From contig NC_087447.1 of NCBI RefSeq assembly GCF_036321535.1, positions 52,764,001 to 52,828,000 on the forward strand: a DNA stretch of 64,000 nucleotides. The letters are read 5' to 3'. Made by a program: the position numbers and the translations under genes. The DNA comes from Camelus dromedarius (lineage: Eukaryota). The stretch's first letter is position 1. Every line of letters starts with the position of its first letter. Below are positions 25,546-38,491 of the stretch, in pieces. Below the pieces are notes generated by a model. It made no database searches. It was not told the DNA's origin and worked only from the letters and a program-made list of their open reading frames with translations.

Positions 25546-28500
25546 TTTAACCATTTTTTGTTAGACATGTCTGCTGGTTATAAAAGTAATACGTATTTCC
25601 TGCAAGAAATTTAGAAAGCACAACAGTGCCAGCAAAGACAACATCAACCATTTCTCACCACAGAAAGAGCCATGGATACATTCTGGAGCACTTCTCCATC
25701 TTCCAGTCTGTATATTTAACATAAGTGAGCTCATTACGTCTAAACAACGTGATGGGCTCCCCTTTCTACTTAACATCGAAACATAAGCATTTTCCCATTA
25801 AACTCAGTCCACAAGAGTGAACTTTGGATCTTTAAACTGGGGGACTGAGCCCAGGGCTGGCTCAGAGGAGAGAGGACAAGCTGGGTTTCGGCGAGCAGGT
25901 GGAGTCAGCAGTGCCCGCACAGCATCCCGCATCCCACAGGTGTGGATGGCTGGAGCGCGGGGCGTGGCACGCAGGAGACAGTCCAGGCCCAGAGGGTCCT
26001 CAGCACACAGGTGGTGGTTGACGTCATGGGATGGATGAGGTCCCTCAGGGAGGGTGTGCAGGGTGAGAAGAGAGATGACTTAGGGTGAGGTCCCTGCCCT
26101 CTAGAAGCTCACAGTCTAGTTGCGTTCATGTGCAAGTCGTTTACCCCCAGCTAGATTGTAAGCTCCTTGAGGGCAGTTACCACTTCACACACGGCAGTCC
26201 CTCGCCAACCATGGGAGTTGGGTTTCTGAAAACCCCTGGGGCAGGAGAAGTCAGGCTGGCAGAAATTAGGACCCTACTGGGGAAAAAATAGGGTTAGGGG
26301 AATGAAGTCACGAGTGAACTTAGGAAATCATCATATGTTTACATCGAGAGCAAGAGAAACCACAAGTACAGCATGTTCAAAACATCAATATCAGTGACAC
26401 TTCAATTATCAGTGTGCTCTTAAATTAACAACATACACTTTACAATTTATTGTCATTTATCATCCATCCCTTTAACCGCTCTCTCCCCTTCACAGTTATA
26501 ACCATAGGCTTGTACATCCATTCTCTTCATTGCTAGAAAAGACATACTTGCTAAGGGTCATTTTCTTCTGTATGTTTCCCCATGTAAATGTTCAGTGCCT
26601 TTCAGGGTGTTTGTGACTCTGAGCTACTGATTCCTATCTCTTGGCCCCATCTGCAAGCACACACCCCTATCTTAACAGATAGGAGTGGGTTTCTGGCGTC
26701 TGATGGGCCCCCTCCCTCTCATCTCCCTCCCCTGCTTCACTGTGAACACCTCGCCTCTAATCTGCCATCCACTTTGCCTGCTTCCCTCTTCCCACTCCTG
26801 GGCATATTTCATCATCCCCACAGGAATCACTGCGGATTCTCCATGGCTTCTGAAAGAATACGTAACTGTGAAACTGTCAGAATTAGAATTTGGTGTCTTT
26901 CTTCCTGAGAGCATAGCACATCGTGCACTCACTAGCTCACAGTAGGTGCCCCAAGAATTCCTGCTGAGCTGAGCAACTCCCTAGCCCAAAGGAAAGGATG
27001 TGGATTTTATTTCTCTTTGCACTCACTGCTCAGATGAATATGAAACCTTGCACACAGCATAAATATTGAAATATTTGTAGGCACATTTAATTTTCCCTTC
27101 TGACAGGTCATGATGACAAGAAGGAACTAATAGATGCAATCTATCTGCATTCACAAAGGCAATTTTGAGTTCCACATGACATGCTGTCAATAGACTCAAA
27201 AGATATGGCCCTTTAGTGAAGGAATTCTCCATCTTTTTTCAGCTCAGAGACCACTTGGATAAAGCAAAAGACCTACTAACCCGCAACTCCCCCATGCACG
27301 TTCATGACACAAAAAGTGATCATCACCTGGCTACGTGGGAGAACCAGCTCTCTTTTTGATGAGCACCAACAAAACAATATCGTTTAAATGAAATGATAAC
27401 CAATTACATTTACACAGCACTTTACAGTTTACAAAATGCTTTCATGTACATTTTTTCAGTCTCATTTGTTCTTCACAGCTTCTCTGGCCAGAGAAGGCAT
27501 AGATATCTCCATTTTGCAGATAAAGAAACTGAGGCTTATTCTAAAGAAAGAGGTCAAAGGGGGAGCAACTCATTAATTCAGTTTGAGCCCCCTCCCCATG
27601 TTGTTACCGGCTGGGTTACATACAAAAACAAAACTCAGTCACAATGCTGTTCCACGTACTGTAATAACCAGTGCCCAAGACACAGCTTCCCCCCACTTCC
27701 CCACTCCCCTCACCCCCACCTGTCTTCTGCTCTCCTGGCCAAAAACTAACCAGCCTGGCCCATGAAGACATTTGAGTCCATGACCTATGGGGAAAGCTAA
27801 TGAAGACAATTTTGGTACCACACGTCCCCAAGTACCAGAAATTGTGTTCAGCACTTCACATGCATGACCTCATTTTATCCCCACAACAGTCCTGCAAAGG
27901 AGGCTCTGCGATGCTCATCTTGTGGACGAGGAGATTGTGAAAGGATGTCACACAACTGGCCGTCCTCCCAGGGCTGTCTGTGGAAGAGCCTGGTTTGACG
28001 GGAGGCTCCCACCTTTAAGCTTCTTTTCCATTCTTTCCCACAGGCCCAGGGTTGGTTAAGTAGCAGGACTAAAACTGAAACCCAGATTGTTTGACTTTGG
28101 ATTCCTAATATACTCCTCTGCCTCCAAGAAAGCAAAGCAAAGAGATGATGGTAATAGATCCTTGGGAGCCTTTCACAGCCCTTACCTCTTGTAACCCTTT
28201 ACCAAAAACTTTAGAGACAAAGAGACCAAGGTTCAGTGAGTCTGTCTGCTTGACCAAGGTCACATGGGCAGAGAATGGCAGAGGCAGGATTTGAACCCAG
28301 GTTAAGTTCGGGGACAGCAGGGCAGCCCCAAGGAAGTACCTGACCAGCAGGAGAGCCAGGGTGCTCCACCCCCAGCACCAGCAAGGCCCACGAGGACCTG
28401 CCCCTCAGAGGAAGGGGCTGCCCTGATGGCTGTCTCCAGCCAAGAGCACCATGTGGACAGAATCACCTGACAATAGGATTAAGCCCCCAAAGCCCCAAAT

Positions 28501-28694
28501 CCTTGAAGAGAAAAAAAGAAGTCTGTGTTTTAAAGGAATTCACTGGGAACTCTTGGTTTCAAGCAAGTGGGGGTTGAGTCCACTCGTTCATTTCACAAGG
28601 GGGTCTTTAACCAATTGGCCAGGGAGAGAGACCAGCGAGCACCAACCAAGAGAACGCAAGGTTCGCGTTGGGCACGGGGTTCCAGTGAAAACAG

Positions 28695-28930
28695 AGAGCA
28701 AAGCTGCAGGGACAGAAAGCGGGCTCATGGCTGCCGGCGGGTGGGGATGGGTAATGGGGAGTGACTGCTTAAGTGGTGCAGGGTTTCCTTTTAGGGTAAT
28801 GACAATGTCTCGGAACTAGACGAAGGTGACGGTCACACAGCCTTGCGAATGTACTAAATGCCACTGAATTGTACACTTTAGAATGGTTAATGGTAAACTT
28901 CATGTTCTGTAAATTTTACGTCGATTTTGT
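28695..28930 (+). mobile_element. L1MB-type LINE-1 3' end
   Basis: atggggagtgactgcttaa...gggtttccttttagggtaatgacaatgt...gaatgtactaaatgccactgaattgtacacttta. Confidence 0.85.
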
Positions 28931-29244
28931 AAAGGGGGAGGAAAAAGGCAAGTTAAGTTGCCTGTGCTGGGAAGAATCTGTGAGCTAGACGATGCCTCCT
29001 CCGTAAGTGTGTGTCAGCTGAGCTGGCCCTTTTGTAATGAAGCTGTGGCTATGAGATGGTCTGCATAGCAGGTGCTCAGCATTGGAGTTGGGTGTGTGCA
29101 CGTGTGTGTTTCTACAACAGGCAGAGGGGACAGCTTCAGGATTCAGGACTAAATTTTTACAATGTGTTACACTTTCCAAATTTGCCAGCAGTAATAATAA
29201 CAGGAACAAGGACAGCGATAACATTATTATGAGATGGCTGTTAT

Positions 29245-29460
29245 TAAATAATGGTGGGTACTGTTTACCCAGCGACTGCCACGAGCCAGGCACCCTGATA
29301 TATGTCTCACACATGTCATCTTAATGCTCACAACAGCCGGTGAAAAAGGAAATCTCTCCATTTTTTCAGGTGAGGCAACTGACACTCCCAAGGTTAAGGA
29401 CTTGCCCAAGGTCACACATTAATAGTGACAGAGCTGGGACTTTAACCAAGTTCATCCAGC
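29245..29460 (-). mobile_element. MIR SINE
   Basis: ccattttttcaggtgaggcaactgac...aggttaaggacttgcccaaggtcacac. Confidence 0.85.
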
Positions 29461-29650
29461 TGATGCCTGTGATTTAAGGAGGGATGTAGAGTAGATCCAA
29501 TGTTTTCAATTGTGGAAAAAAACTCTTAAAATGTAAAAAAGCATTGTTAAAATATGAATAATGACAATAGCCAGAAATAACCACTTTTAACACTCTAATA
29601 TATTTACTTCTAATTGTTTCTGTATTTTATAAGTTAAAAATAAAGCTATA

Positions 29651-30618
29651 AAAGTATCAAAAAATGCCAAACCACTGAATCAAAAAAAGGGCAGAATATC
29701 TAAATAGACATTTCTCCAAAGAAGACATCCAGATGGCCAACAGGCATATGAAAGATTCTCATTATCACTAATTATTAGAGAGACCCCAACCGAAACTACA
29801 ATGAGGTATCACCTCACACCAGTCAGAATTGACGTCATCAAAAAGTTGACAAATAATAAATGCTGGAGGGGGTCTGGAGAAAAAGGAACCCTCCTACACT
29901 GTTGGCGACAATGTAAATTGGTGCAGCCACTACGAAGAATAGTATGAAGTTTCCTTAAAAAACTAAAAATAGAGTTATCATATGATCCAGCAATCCCACT
30001 CCTGGGCATACATCCAGAAAGACGAAAACTCTAATTCAAAAAAATACATGCACCCCAACATTCATAGTGGAACTGTTTACAATAGCCAAGACATGGAAGC
30101 AACCTAAGTGTCCCTCAGCAGATGATTGGATAAAGAAGATGTGGTGTACATATACAATGGAATACTACTCAGCCATAAAAAGGAATGAAATAATACCATT
30201 TGCCCCAACATGGATGGACCTAGAGATTATCATACTAAGTGAAGTAAGCTGGAGAAAGACAAATATCATATCATATCACTTATATGTGAAATCTAAAAAA
30301 ATGATATAAATGAACTTATTTACAAAACAGAAAAAGACTCGTAGACATAAGAAACAAACTTATGGTTACCAAAGGGAAAAGGGGTGAAGAAGGATAAATT
30401 AGGAGTTTGGGATTAACATATATAAAATAGAGAACCAACAGGGCCTACTGTATAGCACAGTGAACTATATTCAATATCTTGTCATAACCTATAATGAAAA
30501 AGAATCTGAAAAAGAATAGATTTCTATGTATATTTATATATACATATGATTGAATCATTTTGCTGTACACCTGATGTTTGCTGTACAACATTGTAAATCA
30601 ACTGTATTTTGATTTTAA
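29651..30618 (+). mobile_element. 5'-truncated LINE-1 (ORF2 C-terminus + 3'UTR), probable 9-bp TSD
   Basis: aatagacatttctccaaagaagacat...tatgatccagcaatcccactcctgggcata...atggaatactactcagccataaaaagg; ORF 30067-30309 is the ORF2 tail (LFTIAKTWKQPKCPS..WIKKMW); aaagctata at 29642-29650 and 30619-30627. Confidence 0.92.
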
Positions 30619-32384
30619 AAAGCTATAGATGCAATCATGTACTGTTTTTCCCCTTACATTGTACTATTAACATTTCCCCGCATCTCTACAAATCTCCCTA
30701 TGTCTAACTTTGAAGAACTATATATATTCTGTGCCAGAGATACCATAGCTAACTTTTATCTTAATGTTGACCAAGTGAGTGTTTTCCAGTCCTTTGTGCA
30801 TATAAATAATGCTGTGGTGAATATTTTTGTCCATCCACCTTCTGTGCATGTTTGGTTTTTTCCTAGGGACGTCTGTATTCTCAACATGCACTGAACCTTC
30901 TGTCCTCATTTGGAACCCTGGCTGGCAAGAGCATCTGTGGAGGTTTCTACAAATACACCCCAACCCCAGCTCCATCTCAGAGCTAGGACCCTAATCTCCA
31001 AAGTTGGGTGGGGGCTCACTCCAGGGGCTCTGGTCCTCCCTGTGAGGCCAGGACCGATGCTCCCAGCCCCCTTCCTTGCCTGACTGAACAGACATGCAGT
31101 CTTGACCAAAAGGAAGTTCCCTCCCCCCACCACACTGCACCAACTCCTAACCAGCAGAGCCAGGCCTACTGGCCATCATTTAGTTTCCAACATTCTCACT
31201 CCATTTTCCTGATTTCTGCCACACCTTCAGGCTACCTGCACTATTATTAACTTAATATTTTTTACTTAACTTATTTTTAGTTCCTTGAATCCATTTATTC
31301 AAAAAAAAAAAGGGAAAATGCATCTCATTATGGTAAGTTAAAAACCACCATTTCTTCACGTACAGAAAACTTCAACATCAACACGATGAATATAAAACCA
31401 GGTAAAGACTGTTGCCTCTTTATCTAGAGTCAGACCTTTGTTAAAACGGGATGTTACAGGTGTCATCCAAGGTATTAAATACCTAGCAGCACCACAATCA
31501 GGCTCTCTCCTCAAGTAAATCACAAAGCTTGAGCTGGAATTGAAATAGGACTTTCTCACCGTGCGCTTCAATGCCATTTAACACTCTGCTGAGGTAACAC
31601 ACCTACACCATTTGGGACCAGTCCCCCAAGGAAGACACTGATCTAGTCCGACCTTCTCCACTTACACACGGATGAAGGATACCAAGAGTTCGGTGACAGG
31701 CCTTTGTCATATCCAAGCCCAGCCAACAAGAAAGTAGAACCAAGAATCCAGGTCTCTTGGCTCCTAAGTCTTATTTGATCACTCTTCGAAAATTTCTTTA
31801 AAAAAAAAAAGTTTGGCAGTGGTGTATATAGGGAGAGAAACATATTTTTACTTTGATCTTTGCTCATAAGATCTCAAAGCATGTTACGATAAACAAGATG
31901 AAAGATACAAGCTTTTCTTTAAAAAAAATTCAATCAACCAGAATTCTTGACCATTTATTTCTTCTATGCTGTGTGCTGGGCTTATGACACAGACCAGGAT
32001 ACAGCTTCTGGTCCCTATCCCCTAAACTGATAGTGTGTGTGGGCAACGTTCAGACTTAGAAGTGGCCTCCATGGATTGACCATGTATTTAATTGACTACT
32101 CGAGAAATATGCATGTGTACCTACTATGTGTCAGATTTCCATCAATGATTTGTAAAGGGAGCCCTGATGCTCTCTTTCAGTTAGTCTGATAACTACACTT
32201 ACTGCTAAGAATCCAACAGATGAAAGGCAGGGTTTAAAAATATCGCTCCAGTCAGTTACAAAAAACTATTTTTTAAAACCAATGCTGAACCTCCAGATGA
32301 AGGATACCATTTTAAAAGTGTTACACAGTTTAGGTATTATTACTAATAATAGCCAACATGAGCAAGGCAACCATACCATTATTA

Positions 32385-32610
32385 ACAATTAGCTAATATT
32401 TACTGGATCTTGTGATACACTTGGCTTTATGCTCAACACTCCTGCTGACACTGACTCATTTAATCCTCACAAGAATCCTGCAAAGGATTATTATTATCTG
32501 TAATATACAGACTGGGGAGCCGAGGATTAGAGAGGTTAAATAAGTTTCCCCAAATCACACAGTTAATAAGCAGTGAGACCGAGATACAAATCCAGATAGC
32601 GGGCTGAAAG
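32385..32610 (-). mobile_element. MIR SINE
   Basis: ctcatttaatcctcacaag...agaggttaaataagtttccccaaatcacacag. Confidence 0.8.
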
Positions 32611-32769
32611 TTTAAACCTTTCCAAATTTGAAAGGCATGCTTCCTAAAGGAAAAATAAATGTTGGAATTTTCTTCACTTTAATGCTACTCCCAAAGAGGA
32701 GTGGAAGTTTCAAAGCTCCTTCAAAGTTTAACCTCTAAGCCTTCATCAGTGGTTAGCAAATGGGCTGTG

Positions 32770-32925
32770 ACAGTGCTCCCCAAATTCTGGAGTGCACCAG
32801 AGCCACCTGGCGGGCTGGACCCCACCCGAGAGTCTCCCAGTCAGTGGGTCTGGGGGAGCCTGAGGATGTGCATTTCAAGTGATGCTGATTCTGCTAGTCT
32901 AGGGACCACACTTGGAGAACCACCT
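32770..32925. mobile_element. MER5A-family MITE, followed by a MIR (~32935-33160)
   Basis: cagtgctccccaaa...tcagtgggtctgggggagcctgaggatgtgcatttc...gggaccacacttggagaaccac. Confidence 0.8.
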
Positions 32926-33665
32926 GGTTTGGGGATCGTGGGCTTTAGAATTAGATAAACCTGGGTCTGAATCTTGATTTTTTCTACTCGCTTTAGGTGT
33001 AACCTTGAGCAAGTCACAAAGGCGAAGTTCCTGTCTCCAAAGGAGAGGATGACGGTTGGATAAGGTCATTGTGAAGATTACATTAACTGACATTATGCAC
33101 ACAATCTGCCAAATACCTGGCATATAGTAGGCATTCGATCAACTGGCTCTATTACTATCATTGACAAATGATCCACAAGAGAGAATGCATACTCCCTTCT
33201 GCACTAAATGCCCTGCTGAAAAGAGACAGGAACAGAACTGCTCTTCGGGGGATAGTGATATTTCATCCAAAATAATCACGTTTGTCTCTTCTGTGCATAA
33301 AGATGTTGGAAAATGGTGGCTGGTAAAAAGGTAAGATACACGTAGTGGAAAATCCATCAAAGCCAAAAGCCAGTGGGTTCAGAAGGGCTGCTCTTGCCAT
33401 CAGCCGCCAGATGTGGCGGTAGCATTGTGCAGAGGAACTCATGGATGGCTTGCAGGCAAAACCAGAGGTGCTTGAAGGCATTTGGGCTTTTCCTGGAGCC
33501 ACTGTAGATTTACTAATTACAAAATCACAATATAACTGCATGGGCTTTGTAAAGCACTTTGCCGTTGAATGGAATTGCCGTCGAATGGAATAAACGGGAA
33601 GTATTGAGTAGTCCTTTTATCTTCTTCTGCCTGATTTATAAAGGGTTGTCTGTGGAGGATATTTT

Positions 33666-33684
33666 GTGTGTGTGTGTGTGTGTG
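33666..33684 (+). repeat. (TG)n microsatellite
   Basis: tgtgtgtgtgtgtgtgtgtg. Confidence 0.9.
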
Positions 33685-34198
33685 CTGTTTGTGGTTGGTT
33701 TAAAATAAGCCATAGAGACAAACCTTGTTGTGAGCTTCACATCCATAAAAAAGCAAAATACATTAAGGGCTGGAAATGGGCCTTGGGGCTAAACAGAGCC
33801 CTGTGGTAGAGCGCTGTGGTGCGCTGCGGGGGACACCTTTTCAAGCTGTCGGCGAGTATTCTAAACACTTAAAGGTGGCTCCTAGTGCAGTTGAGTGGGA
33901 CTTACATCATCCAATGAGGGATATCTAAGGCCATTTGTAAGTCTTCGGCTAAAGGAGAGTGAAGCATATTGTGTGACTTAGCAAAGAGGACCAAAGCGGG
34001 ATGGAGTTGGCAGAGACCCAGCTTGGCAATTAGCTAGTACCTGCGGGGCCTGGACTCTCAGAACTCCAGACTTCCACAAAGGAGAGGGGATGCATGGCTC
34101 CCCAGGAGGTGTCTGGCTCTCACGAGCCTGGGCTCCCTCCTAGGCAGCCCCTCTTCTTCAGGCCTCAGCTCCCACGCCGTCACTCTGACCACACGATC

Positions 34199-34677
34199 TG
34201 CAGCAGACGCCGCGGACCCTCTCAACCAACCTGAGGCCTCCACGGACAGTCTCCACACCACACTGGCTTCCCACCTCAAGTCAGCCGCTTGCATTTCTCC
34301 ACTGGGGTCTCTGTGTCAGTGAAAACCCACACACGGGGCCGGATGAAAGTACCTGGTAGTTAACATCCCCAGAAGCAATCCACAACCAATGAGGAGCAGA
34401 CGTTGGTAGATGGACACCCTGCTTCCTTAGCCCCTGATGGAACAATTGTCTGGCCAGTGCTTCAGTGTCTCTCGGGGGGCCCTGGAAGGACTGAGCCCAC
34501 TGCCCACAGTGGTGACCCGATCATTAACATACCTGCTGGTAGCATTCTTCGCTTCTCGTCTCCCCTCCCTGCTCCCTCGCCAAGCCTCCGGGAATCACCC
34601 CACCAATAAAATACTCACACCCAAATCCTTTCCTCTGGGTCTGCTCGGGGCGAACCCACACACTAAGAACTAAGACA
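34199..34677 (+). mobile_element. ERVL solo LTR (LTR16-like)
   Basis: aaccaatga, ggactgagccc..tgcccacagtggt, and terminal ggaatcacc..ccaataaaatactcacacccaaatcc...gggtctgct...gaaccc...actaagaca. Confidence 0.8.
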
Positions 34678-36789
34678 TTCTCTCACCCCCTCCCCTCTGG
34701 GCTCTATCACACTGTCCTGTCCCGTTTCCCTTCTGACCCACTCTAAGCTGATCTGCTCTCTTCTTCCTTCTCCACAAGGGCAGGGCCTGGGTCTGCTCCG
34801 TCCCCACAACCCGGAACGGTGCGTGGCCGTGCGCAACAAACACGGACTGGCTAAATGAACAGCATTTGCCACTTGGAAATGGCTTCCTTCTAGTGCTGTG
34901 TATATAAACAGGGATCATACTCTCACCTCTTGCTACCAACTCCTTTTCTTTCCCCAGATATAGCCCTGTCCTCACATACATCTATGGACAAATAGAGAGG
35001 TTTCATGGAAATTCAGAGAGCTGTGTGACTTTGGGTAAATTATTTGCCTTCTTGAGAGCATCTCAAAAACAAGGAATAGTACTGCCTGTCTAATGGGTTT
35101 ACAGTGAAAGCTAAAAGCTTAGAGATGGAAAGTCCCTGGTACATGGTAGTCATTTAATAAGTGTGGCTTCCTTTCATTCCCTGTTTGGCCCTCTCATCCT
35201 CTCTCTCGGCCTCCAGCATAAGTCCTCCAGTCTACAGAGAGGGGATTCTTTGAGCACCTCTCTCCATGCCTGGGCTGCCTCTATCCCCTACCTCCTTGCT
35301 AATCACCCCTGTCCCTTTGCACACACACACCAGTGGATGGGGTCACTGAGTTACACAGCCGACACCCATATTCTGAATTGTTTTCTACTTCCTGCCTCTG
35401 TTTAGTAATCCCTTCTAGGCAGGTCCTGGCCCTTCCATATAGACCACTTGGCCTTTTCATAGGGAAAGTGAGGCTCAGAGAGGGCAGGCAATTGCTCAAA
35501 GCCTCAGCGACAGGACTCACAGCCCGCCTGCTCCTCTCCAGACCATACCACCTTCATTAGGCTCCTAGCAAACTCCAGAGACAGCATGGCTGTGACTGAG
35601 TAATGCCCTAAGTCAGCTGAGGTTTGCAGCAATACATATCCCTGTGCTGAGTGGCTGGCCTCTTGCTTTTGTTTAATGCAAATTGATGCACTGCTCTGCC
35701 TACGGTTCTGGGCAAACCCACTGAGGTAGGTATTATGAGCCCATTTTACACTTGAGAAAACTGAGACTCAGAGACGTTAAGCAATTTGCTCTCCAACACA
35801 GGGGAGTAAGCAGCGGCACCAAGAATCACCTCGAGGTGTGTCTGACCCGGAACCTAAGCTGCCCTTAGAAGACACAGGTCTGCTTCTAGAAGCCTTCCTC
35901 TCTTGGCCCCCTGTTCTTCCTGCTGCTCTCCCAGGGTTTTCCTGTCGCAGTCCTGCTCCCCCTCCGCCTTCGTTCTCCCAAAAGGCAGGAGAGAAGAGCG
36001 TCCGTCCACTACGCAGCAAGCTCCCTGAGGATTTCTCCATCTCCTCTCCAGGCAATGTTACAAGCTCAGGAAAGATCTGTCTGATGGAAGTGATCAAAGC
36101 CTCAACGGGAGTCGATGAGAAGATCTTTTAGCTTCCTTCCAACTCTGAAAGGCTACTCCCTGACGGTCCTGCTTCAGCTCTGTCCACGTGGAAGGATAAG
36201 CACTTGGACTATTCAAGCCACTGAACGGCACAATTAAACACCCACAAACGCTCATCTTCCACAGGGAATTCCAGAGCCTGGGAGCCATGCCCCAGGGACT
36301 CTGGCTTTGCAGAGGAGCCCAGAGGAGCAGCAGCCCTGTCTGTCTCCATCATGTCACCACAGAGCTCCGCTGGCCCAGCCTTCCTGCCAGGGGGTGAGGC
36401 CCTGTGACCCGGCAGGGTTAGGAAGAGGAGCAGGTGGACTGGCATGGCCACCAGGCCCACTCTGGAGCACTCAACACCCCAAGAAGACACAGCCTTACCA
36501 ACTCCATGGGCCACTTAGCTGACCGGTAAAGTCCAAGAACATCCTCAAGAAGCATCCACAGTCACTGAAATCCTGCCCCTCAAGGGTACCCAATAGCAGG
36601 TAAGGCATCAGGCCCCAGGGCTGGCAGAGATGTCTGGCTCCTTCAAGATGGCCAAGTTGGATATCTAATCACCTCTGCTGTCTGGTCACCCAGGACAGCC
36701 TTAATGCCATCCCTGGTAAGCCCTTCTGGGATACTGGTGTGTCTTCCCTGAACTTGGAACCTCCAGCCCCACTCAAGGGAATGAGAGGG

Positions 36790-37005
36790 GACTCTGGGGT
36801 CACGTCCTGGCTCCACTGTTTACTACTTATGTCCCTGGGACAAGTTACCTAACCTTTCCATGATTCGGTTTCCTCAAAGATAAGATAGGAAAAACAACAG
36901 TCCTTACCTCATAGGGCTGTAAGAAAATTAAATGAGTCATTTATAAAAAAGCACTTCAAACAGCATGGTTGTATAAGCACTTTATAAGTAATTATCAAAT
37001 AAATA
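36790..37005 (+). mobile_element. MIR SINE
   Basis: tcctggctccact...gacaagttacctaacct...gtttcctca...cttacctcatagggctgtaag. Confidence 0.8.
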
Positions 37006-37329
37006 AATACTCATCCCATCTCCGATAACTTCCGAGTACTAACCTCTTAGAAAACACACCTAATTATTATGCTTTCATGCACACACCCTTCCATTCATTT
37101 ATTTTTCTTCTGTGCGCTCCCATAGCATTCTGCCTGGTCATAACATGTATCCCTCTGGATTGCTGAGGTCTTTTCCACGAGCATCATCAGTGTACCACAG
37201 GCGTGCGCTGTACCAGCACTAAGAATGCAGCCACAGACAATGATCAGTCCAGAAAGACGGGGGATACGGGTCAAGGTCAGCACATAACAAAGGCCAGGGC
37301 GCAGTGCGGGAGGCGTCAGCCGTGGGCAC

Positions 37330-37394
37330 CTGGTGCAGTCTCAGTTACACGGTGTCTTAATGATGTTGTCATAGTCGACGGGCATCTGATCCAC
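37330..37394 (-). other. Candidate small internal exon, 65 nt (donor uncertain)
   Basis: Strong minus-strand acceptor ggtttttctgtttgctgcag|GTGG (AG 37396-37395); weak donor CAG|GTGCCC; CpG-retaining unique sequence. Confidence 0.35.
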
Positions 37395-37929
37395 CTGCAG
37401 CAAACAGAAAAACCTCTCTCGATGTCCACAGGACCTGTTCACTCTCAAAGGGATAGAACCAGAAGCAGAAAAAGCAACCAGCGTCAAAACACACATTCCA
37501 GGCCCCCTGGGTTCCAAATCTGCTATTTCACATAGGGTTCCCAAACCTCCTGGCCATTGTCCCCCGTCCCCAAGGCCGGCCGCCATGGCCTCACACTCAG
37601 GCTGTTTACAAAGTCCTGCAGCAGATCCCTGTCTCCTGACCCACTGGCTGTGGATTCAGGACACTCTGGCTGCAGCTGCCTTGGAAGCCACTGCCTTTCT
37701 GGCAGGAAGCTAGATCACTCCGCCTTTCCCCGCCTCAATGAGACTCTCCATCCTGACACAGTGATTCCAGCTCCTCCCACCGACTGGTCAGCAGACATCA
37801 GAGAGACGGCACAAATGTTCCCAGGAGACCTTCGAGGCCAGCCCCTAACAGCTGCCTTGGCTGGAAAGGGCTTTTTCACTCTAATTTGGAGATGATGCTA
37901 GCTCATGAAGACTGCTTGTTAAGAATGTT

Positions 37930-38300
37930 GGTTCAACATACCAGCCAAATGTGATGCATACATTTTATTTGGATCCTAGCTGAGGAGAAAAAAAAAGCCC
38001 TGAACACATTTTTTGGACAATTGGGGCAATCTGAATATGGACTAGACATTAGATGACAATTATAAGTTATTGTTACTTGGCTTAGGTATAAACATCCTAT
38101 CACAGTTATGTAGAATATCCTTAGTTTTAGAAGAGGCCTGCTAAGGCATGTACGAATAAAGGATCATGTCTGTCAGAGTGGAGAAAAATATATATCTACA
38201 TATATGCACACACACAGATAAAGCATATATGGCAAATATTTTAAGAGAACAATCAATTCCTTGTGGCTCTATATAGACCTTCATGTACACTATATCGAGA
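37930..38300 (+). mobile_element. Ancient L1MC/ME-type 3'UTR fragment
   Basis: ttggatcct...ggacaattggggcaatctgaatatggactagacattagatga. Confidence 0.7.
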
Positions 38301-38445
38301 ACTGAAAAAAAGAGATGCTGAAAAATACATTTACTTTATCTCCAAATTTCAAAATTCAAAATTACTTGGCTCTAGAAGAGGAAAAACAAAAATCTCTTGG
38401 CTCTGCCCTGCGCATGCCTCCCCCGCCCCACCTCCCCCGGCCCCA

Positions 38446-38491
38446 ACACACACACACACACACACGCACGCACGCACACACACACACACAC
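38446..38491 (+). repeat. (CA)n/(CACG)n microsatellite
   Basis: acacacacacacacacacacgcacgcacgcacacacacacacacac. Confidence 0.9.

Noticed and set aside
32800..32813. CTCF-like motif (CCGCCAGGTGGCTC on minus)
   Set aside because: Single imperfect match inside a MER5A remnant; such matches are common by chance
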